A DNA stretch of 20,000 nucleotides from Reclinomonas americana ATCC 50394 (lineage: Eukaryota): positions 60,069 through 80,068 of the forward strand of contig PS015295.1 of the NCBI GenBank assembly GCA_048213135.1, read 5' to 3'. A program made the position numbers and the translations under genes. The notes below the pieces were generated by a model. It saw only the letters and a list, made by a program, of their open reading frames with translations, did no database searches and was not told where the DNA came from. Below are positions 13,016-20,000 of the stretch, one piece after another. The stretch's first letter is position 1; every line of letters starts with the position of its first letter.

Positions 13016-15861
13016 ATGTGCGGAGGCAAGCGCGATCCGGTTCGTGTGCAGACAGAGAGAGCGAGACAGACAGACAAAGTGCAGAACATGCACGCTCATT
13101 CCGACAGGGCGCACAAGTGCCGATGCACATGCTCGTCTTTGCACACACACTGTTCTCCCCCTTTCCCTGCGCATCTCACATGCACACATGTGCATCTTAT
13201 GCTCTCTCCCTCTCTCTGTATGCGCGCGCTAATGTGTGTGACAGGAGCGATCGCTGCTGATTCGCAACCAAGTGGCCACCTTCTTCCTCGGTGCCATCAA
13301 CAACCTCACCTACGTGGTCGTCATTAGTGGCGCGCAGAACATTGTCAACACCTTCAATGTGCCCAACCTGATCGGGTCAGTGATGCATTCTCATTCACAT
13401 TTGCGTCGATCTCTCTCAAGATAAAAAGCAGACTGATTCCACTGGCCAACATTGCGCTTGGTCTCGTGGCCAAGTTCGTCAACACACTGTTCATGGAGAA
13501 GGTGTCGTACTCGCTGCGCATGTTCTTTGGCGGCTTTTTGTCGATTGCCGGCTGCGTTCTGGTCGCCTTCTCGCCGCACATGAACTTCCCGGTCGCTCTC
13601 ATTGGCATTCTTCTCATTGGTGCATTCTCCGCGTTCTGCGAGAGGTTTGCAGCTCTTCTTGTGCGGCGCTGCGAGGGGTTAGGTGGGATGCGTGCTGAAG
13701 TGGAGTTGCTGCGCAGTGTCTTCCTCGGCTACCTCAGCCTGTTTCCGCCGGCGTTGGTCGGTGGCTGGTCGAGTGGAACGGGTCTCGCTGGCGTCTTTGG
13801 CTCGGCGTACTATCTGCTGCTCAGTTGCGTCACACAAGGGGAGCAGTCGGTCGGTCATGCCGGTTTTTGCTCACGCTGCCGTGCATCACAATGCAGATGC
13901 GGCCGGTCTCAGCGACATGTGGATCTTCCTGTCGCAAGTGCCCTTTATCTTTGTGTATTGGATACTGTACTTTTTCGTGCTCTCCAAGCCGCAAGATCGA
14001 TATCACGCGTTGCCGAATGGTCCGCCGGCAGTGACCGATGCGGAGGGTGTCACCAGTTGCGTCGATGGGGAGTGGAGATGCCGTGTTTCTAGTCTCTGTC
14101 ATTCTCTTTTTCGAATCTCGGGTCTAATTTGTTGCTTGTGCGTGACTGCTCGCTCACCGCGTCGCCGTGTCTTTCCAGTAGCTTACGGGTCTGTGGAGCC
14201 ACGCAAGGACGAGCAGCACGTGCAGGAGGAGAAGGCTGGCTCTCCGAAAGACGAGGAGAGCATGCAGCTGGTGGACGGCGGAAAGCCGGCTGGTGAGGCG
14301 ACGGAACTGCAGCCTCCAACGCGCGCCGTGGTGGGGTGGACCGATATTAAGTTGGCCATGAGGCTTGTGTGGTGGTACTCGCTGCAGGTGAGTGACATTA
14401 GAGGGAGAGGGAGAGGGAGAGGGAGAGGGAGAGGGAGAGGGAGAGGGAGAGGGAGGGGGAGAGGGAAAGAGAAGGAGAGAGAGGGAGATTTAGAGGGAGG
14501 GAGATTGNNNNNNNNNNNNNNNNNNNNNNNNNNNNNNNNNNNNNNNNNNNNNNNNNNNNNNNNNNNNNNNNNNNNNNNNNNNNNNNNNNNNNNNNNNNNN
14601 NNNNNNNNNNNNNNNNNNNNNNNNNNNNNNNNNNNNNNNNNNNNNNNNNNNNNNNNNNNNNNNNNNNNNNNNNNNNNNNNNNNNNNNNNNNNNNNNNNNN
14701 NNNNNNNNNNNNNNNNNNNNNNNNNNNNNNNNNNNNNNNNNNNNNNNNNNNNNNNNNNNNNNNNNNNNNNNNNNNNNNNNNNNNNNNNNNNNNNNNNNNN
14801 NNNNNNNNNNNNNNNNNNNNNNNNNNNNNNNNNNNNNNNNNNNNNNNNNNNNNNNNNNNNNNNNNNNNNNNNNNNNNNNNNNNNNNNNNNNNNNNNNNNN
14901 NNNNNNNNNNNNNNNNNNNNNNNNNNNNNNNNNNNNNNNNNNNNNNNNNNNNNNNNNNNNNNNNNNNNNNNNNNNNNNNNNNNNNNNNNNNNNNNNNNNN
15001 NNNNNNNNNNNNNNNNNNNNNNNNNNNNNNNNNNNNNNNNNNNNNNNNNNNNNNNNNNNNNNNNNNNNNNNNNNNNNNNNNNNNNNNNNNNNNNNNNNNN
15101 NNNNNNNNNNNNGAGAGAGGGAGAGGACAGGTCGAGAGTAGAGAGAGAGAAGATGGAGAAGGAGGGAGAGAGAGAATGCAAGAAGTGTGTGTATGTGCGT
15201 GAGAGAGAGGATGGAGAAGGGCCCGAGACAGAGAGATTTAGAAGCAAAGTTGGGGATGGAGAGAAAACAAGAAGAGAGAGGGAGGGAGATCAGAGACTTC
15301 TATTATTCTTGGGTTGCTAACACAGGGGGAAAACAGCTCGGCCTGGTGTACTTTTTCGAGTACGTGGTCAGCGTGGGTGCTGCCGACAAGGCGAACCCGT
15401 CCACCGACGTCGGTTCATGGGAACGACAGCACGCATACACCATTTTGTCATTCTGCTACCAGTCCGGTGTACTGCTGTCGCGCTCATCGCTGCCGTTCTT
15501 CAAGATCAAGCGTGTCGACATTCTCACCATACTACAAGGCGCCAACTTTGTGTTCTGGATCATTTTGGCCAAGGTGCGTGTGTGCATAGATGTGCGTGTC
15601 GTGTGCGCCGCTGTTCTCACTCGTTGCGCGACCGTGCAGTACAAGTTTGTCAACGTGTGGGTCCAGTTCGTGCTCATGGTGTACGTGGGTCTCCTCGGCG
15701 GCGCCTCGTACGTCAACTGCTTCCACTTGGTGCTAAAGGATCCGAAGATCGACTTGCGGATACGAGATCTGGCCATGAACGTGTGCTCGTTCGTCTGCAA
15801 CGTAGGCATCCTCACGGCGTCGCTCTGGGACATTTTTATGGATCACACATTCCTGCAGTAG
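13016..15861 (+). CDS. CLN3: Battenin / CLN3 (BTN1) family lysosomal MFS-like transporter; ~7 introns
   Basis: Spliced motifs FFLGAINNLTYVVVISGAQ, GGWSSGTGLAGVFG, QLGLVYFFEY, YQSGVLLSRSS, GLLGGASYVNCF are diagnostic of CLN3/Btn1. Stop TAG 15859-15861. The first mini-exon MCGGKRDP (13016-13039) is inferred. Confidence 0.93.
14400..15295 (+). repeat. Polypurine (GGGAGA)n / GA-rich tract spanning a 604-N gap in a CLN3 intron
   Basis: About 10 GGGAGA-type units from 14400; purine-rich sequence on both sides of the gap at 14508-15111; intron 14388-15336. Confidence 0.9.
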
Positions 15862-15894
15862 TAGTAAGTAAAGAGTTTCGATGGTTGCGTTTAT

Positions 15895-16716
15895 TCAGGG
15901 AGAAGGAGGATTCCTCTGATCCAACTCACTTCGCAGATCGCTAACGATCCTGTTCAGGTGTGCGGATAATTCCTCCTCGCTTGAGAGCAGCGTGAGTTCC
16001 GGTGAATCATCCGGCAGGTTGCATGTGTGGCTGCAGATGGACACCAGCTCGTAGCTCCTGCGTTCGCACTTGAACTGCGTCTCCCGCTCCACAGGCGCCG
16101 CCTCGACCACCCACGTTTCGGCGGCAGAGGGGAATGGCTCGACGACAATCCACAGCCGTCCATTATTCGCACGCGTCACTTCGTCGACGCGCCAGAACTC
16201 GTCCAGCTGGTACAAGAAGCTCCTGAACAATTCAGCGTTCACCTCCAGGGCAGGATCGGCAGGCTGTCGGTTGTACGTCAGCTTCTGATGGTTTGTTGAA
16301 GGGATGCTGACAGCTGCGACGCACCTCGTCCAACAGCCAGACAAGATTCTCACGATCAAAGTGCGGCATCTCCCTGTGGGAGCGGAGCTGCATCGCCACC
16401 GTGCCTCTCTCGTCGATGACGTAGAAGCACACAAACTTGGTCACCTCGCCCGCGTCACTGAAGAGCGGAAATTGCATCTGCGGCAACGCTGGAATGAGAC
16501 TTGCTGTGATCGCCTTGCATCAACACAGCAGCATGGCTCTCCACGAACCGTGTGCATCAGCGCCCACAACTCAAGCCTGGTCCAGGGACGCGAAATGGCG
16601 AAACGGCAATACCTATCGACGTCGGGTAGCGAACACGCTGGCGGAGGCTCGGCGACATGCTCGCACAGCCACGCACGAAGCGCGCCATCATTCACCGCGT
16701 TGCCTTCTCGCGACAT
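15895..16716 (-). CDS. Hypothetical globular protein; ~2 introns
   Basis: ATG 16716 (MSREGNAVNDGALRAWLCEHV). Exon LPQMQFPLF...FVCFYVIDERG...LVWLLDE, intron (donor ~16324), then PADPALEVNAELFRSFLYQLDEFW...RNPPSP*. The stop TGA overlaps AATAAA. First intron boundaries are ambiguous. Confidence 0.6.
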
Positions 16717-16816
16717 TGTGTAAAAAACTTCGACGTCGACGTCGAGGCAAATCGGACACGAAGTCGACGACGTCGACCGTTTCGGTGATCTCAAACTGCG
16801 TCACACAGAGCCAACC
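16717..16816. promoter_or_regulatory. Probable bidirectional promoter with CGACGTCG/GTCGAC palindromes
   Basis: 100-bp spacer between divergent ATGs (16716 - and 16817 +). Perfect 16-bp palindrome TCGACGTCGACGTCGA at 16730-16745, plus GTCGACGACGTCGAC at 16763-16777. Confidence 0.5.
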
Positions 16817-19800
16817 ATGTCGCTGGCCGCACCCTCCAGCAACCTGGTGCTCTCCCAGAACTGCCTCACACTTCCACGGTTTGCGATCACACTCACTCTC
16901 ACACTCTCACTCTGACTCTCAGTCAGACATGGGACCAACGCGTGCTCTCTCTCTCTCTCAATNNNNNNNNNNNNNNNNNNNNNNNNNNNNNNNNNNNNNN
17001 NNNNNNNNNNNNNNNNNNNNNNNNNNNNNNNNNNNNNNNNNNNNNNNNNNNNNNNNNNNNNNNNNNNNNNNNNNNNNNNNNNNNNNNNNNNNNNNNNNNN
17101 NNNNNNNNNNNNNNNNNNNNNNNNNNNNNNNNNNNNNNNNNNNNNNNNNCTTCATCAGCGTGCACGTCGTGACGGGAAGTTTGTACAGTCGCGTATGCGA
17201 GCGCTGCAGCAGCAGTTGTTGGAGGAGCAGGAGCAGGAACAGGAGGAGAGGGGAGTGCAGTGGGCGGATCCACCGGCGTCCTCGTATGGAGGCGTGGCGG
17301 CGTCGAGTGAGGCCGATCCGGGCGCAGAGTTTGACGATCCGTTTCTCATGCAGCTGGAGCAGATGCGGCTGGCGCAGGCGGAGCGGCTGCGCGAGTTGGA
17401 GGAGCGCATGTATGGTCGACCGGTGATGCAGGATATGATGGCGGGCAATGGGAACGGCAATGGTGGTAATGTGGTCCGTGGAGAGCCGGAGTATGAGCTG
17501 GAGTCGGATCGGTGGAATGCGTTGCATCGGCGAGTGGGAGCGCGACGTGCCGACGCACTGCAAAAGCCGACCCGGCATGCGTGGCAGGAGGCGCGTATCA
17601 ACGACGGCGATCTGTTTGCGGATGAGTTGCCGAGTTTCGTCTTCCGTCGATGCGCGATGTCGTGTCGTATTTTTGCTGACCGATCATTCAGTCACGGTGC
17701 CGGTCGATGGCGGACAGCGTCGTGTTGCCGACAGCATGGTCTGTGGGGTGCGACTGTTCTCCGTGGAGGAGTTCACGCGCGTCGAGCTCACACTATATTT
17801 CTTCGTGACAGGACTCGGATGCCGGTGGCGAGAATCCGCTGTTCATGTCCACCATTCGCTCCATCAGTGGCATTGGTGGTCCGTCGAAGACGCGTCACGA
17901 TGATGGGACGGCGTTTGTGGATTACGACGATGAGTTGTCGCCACGGCCACGGTCACCATCGCGTCTGCCCAGACCATTGGCCCGACAAGTGGCCACTGCG
18001 GGCACCAATACCGGCGCCGGGACCGGTGGCAGTGGATCGGCGGCATCGTCGGGCACTCCATCGGCGCGCGAACTGATTCGACTCGCCGACGAAGAGGTGC
18101 AGCGTGATCCACTGGACAGGGCACCTCCGCCACCACGGTGGCAATCCAGCAAGGCCGACATGGACTTTGATGACACGGAGTCACCGCCAGTGGTGGCGCC
18201 GTCGGGTCCACGCTGGCAGAGCAGTGCCGTCGGTGGACAGCCAACTCGACACGCGGTGGGTGGCGGACGTGCCGCCGCTGTGGAGTCTGTGTTCCCGTCC
18301 TCGTCGGACGGAGGCGTCGACGGAGACGATCTCGTCAAGCCACGCGCTGCATCGGTGCCACCGCGATGGCAGAGTGCCGCCGAGGCCGATGTGAGTGGCG
18401 TGTGGAACAACAATACTCTCTTTTTTCGTCGTCATGTCACTCATTTCCTCTTCCCCATGATGCAGGACATGTTGGTGGAGGATTTCGAAGCGGCGACAGC
18501 GGGTGAAGACAACGCCTTTCAAGTTCCACGCTTGTCGGGTCGTACGAGCACGCAGCCCGAGTCGCAAGCCAGTGGACCGCTGCCGCCCCGGTCATCCTCC
18601 GCAACACGCTCCGGTGCCGCGAGTCCTTCACCGCTGCGGTCGGCCTCGCGACCCAGTGAGGGTACGGCGAGCGAGGGCGAGGGTGCTGCCAGTGGCGGTG
18701 ATGGGCACTACTACGGCGAGCACGACATGGCGGTGGAGGCGCGAGCTGCCGCTCGCAAGCGGCGCATCACCAAGTCGAACAAGAAGACCGAGGCAGCACC
18801 GTTTTCGTTCCACAGCCGTGCCGAGGAGAAGAAGGCCACCAAGACCATTGCGCAGCGCAAGTTTGAGGAGATGATGAAGGTGCGTACTCCGTGGGGAAAG
18901 AATAATGATTGGCGTGTGCTGATGCACTGACTGGATGGAACAGGAGCGAGAAAAGGAGTTGATGGGCAAACGGCAATTCAAGGCCAAGGACATTCCCGAT
19001 GCCGTGAAGAAGCCGCTGTTTGAGACAATCCTCAAGCGCAACACCGAGAGGAGAGAGGAGGCGAAGAGGAAGAGCATGGATTTGCTGAAGGAGCGCGAGG
19101 CCCCATTCACATTTTACGAGCGCGACGTGGCCAAGATGCGCGAGAGGAAGGCCATGGCGGAGCGCGAGCCGACACCCCCGCCACCAGTGGTGTACAAGGC
19201 CACGCCGATTCCCCCCGAGATCTCCGCGCCCATTTTCCGTCAGCAAGAGATGAAGGAGGAGGAGCGCAAGGCGCGCATCAACATTCGGGCCCAGAAGCTG
19301 CTGGAGAAGGCCAAGCTGCCGCCACGCATGGAAATGCACATGGCGCAGGGTGAGGGTGGTAGCGAGAAAGGTCAGGGCGAGCAGGGTGAACAGGACGGAT
19401 CGCGTCGTCAGTCGGATTATCCTCGTTGCGTGTTTTTTGTTGACATGTGCGATGTGAGCTTCTGTCGCTGTTGTCTGACTGTGCGCGCGCCCCACATGCA
19501 GCACCGTACACGTTCAAGCCGCAGATCAACACCAAGGTGCCGAACCACCAGCTCCTGCAATCGCGTTTCGAGGCCGCGCTTGAACGCGCTCGCGTCAGCA
19601 AGCAGCCGACCAAGCCGCAAGAGTTCCGTTTGGCCTCCTCGTCGGCGGGCACCGCAAGCCCCGCTCGATCCGCCAGAAGAGAAGTCAAGCCCGAGCCACC
19701 GGTGAGCTCTTTGGAAGGCGCGCTCATTGCTTTGTTTGTGTGTGCTCACTCTTGCGTGTCGCGTCAGCCCAAGCCCGTGGTCAGACCGCGACCAGCATAC

Positions 19801-20000
19801 CTGCCTCCGCCGACCGAAATCAAGGCCGGTCGCGAGGCACGCCTGAAGAAGAAGCAAGAGGAGGAGGAGGAGCGCAAGAAGAAAGAGGTGCAAGGCAACC
19901 TCGACGACGAGAAGGTCAAGGCGCGCAAGGCCATGGCCCGCAAGCTGGCGCAGGCCCTGCGCGACACCGGCTCGGCACGGCAGTCGGCCGACAGCGGCGA
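16817..20000 (+). CDS. FAM161: FAM161 family (UPF0564) centriole inner-scaffold/ciliary microtubule-binding protein; 3' end outside window
   Basis: KRQFKAKDIPDAVKKPLFETILKRNTERREEAKRKSMDLLKEREAPFTFYERD, YKATPIP, RINIRAQKLLEKAKLPPRM and FKPQINTKVPNHQLLQSRF...PTKPQEFRL match the FAM161A/B repeat pattern. The start ccaaccATG at 16817 is inferred, and an N-gap (16963-17149) lies in the first intron region. Confidence 0.85.

Noticed and set aside
13683-15320. 545-aa ORF with RGRGRG repeats (RG-box-like)
   Set aside because: It reads through the GGGAGA intronic repeat and Ns; CLN3 motifs join cleanly across intron 14388-15336.

Overview
Eukaryotic, GC-rich, very gene-dense nuclear DNA from a probably flagellated microbial eukaryote (it encodes FAM161). 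Manual splicing gives nine intron-containing genes; most introns are ~50-120 nt GT-AG with a CTGAC/CTCAC/CTAAC-type branch site. Left to right: a large coiled-coil/poly-Q protein (-, truncated at the left edge), a membrane-anchored PDI-like protein with SPPC (-), a PIP5-kinase (-), a GNAT acetyltransferase (+), a Cys-rich Erf4/CHIC-like protein (-), an unknown protein (-), CLN3/battenin (+), a second unknown protein (-), and a FAM161 protein (+, truncated at the right edge). Intergenic spacers are only ~31-122 bp. The main oddity is that about 12 of roughly 55 inferred introns begin with GTTGCG(T), a one-base-shifted version of the local GTGCGT donor, mostly without an exonic -1 G. This suggests abundant shifted-register 5' splice sites. 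All gene models are hand-derived without RNA data. There are three N-gaps; no RNA genes, CRISPR arrays or mobile elements were recognised.
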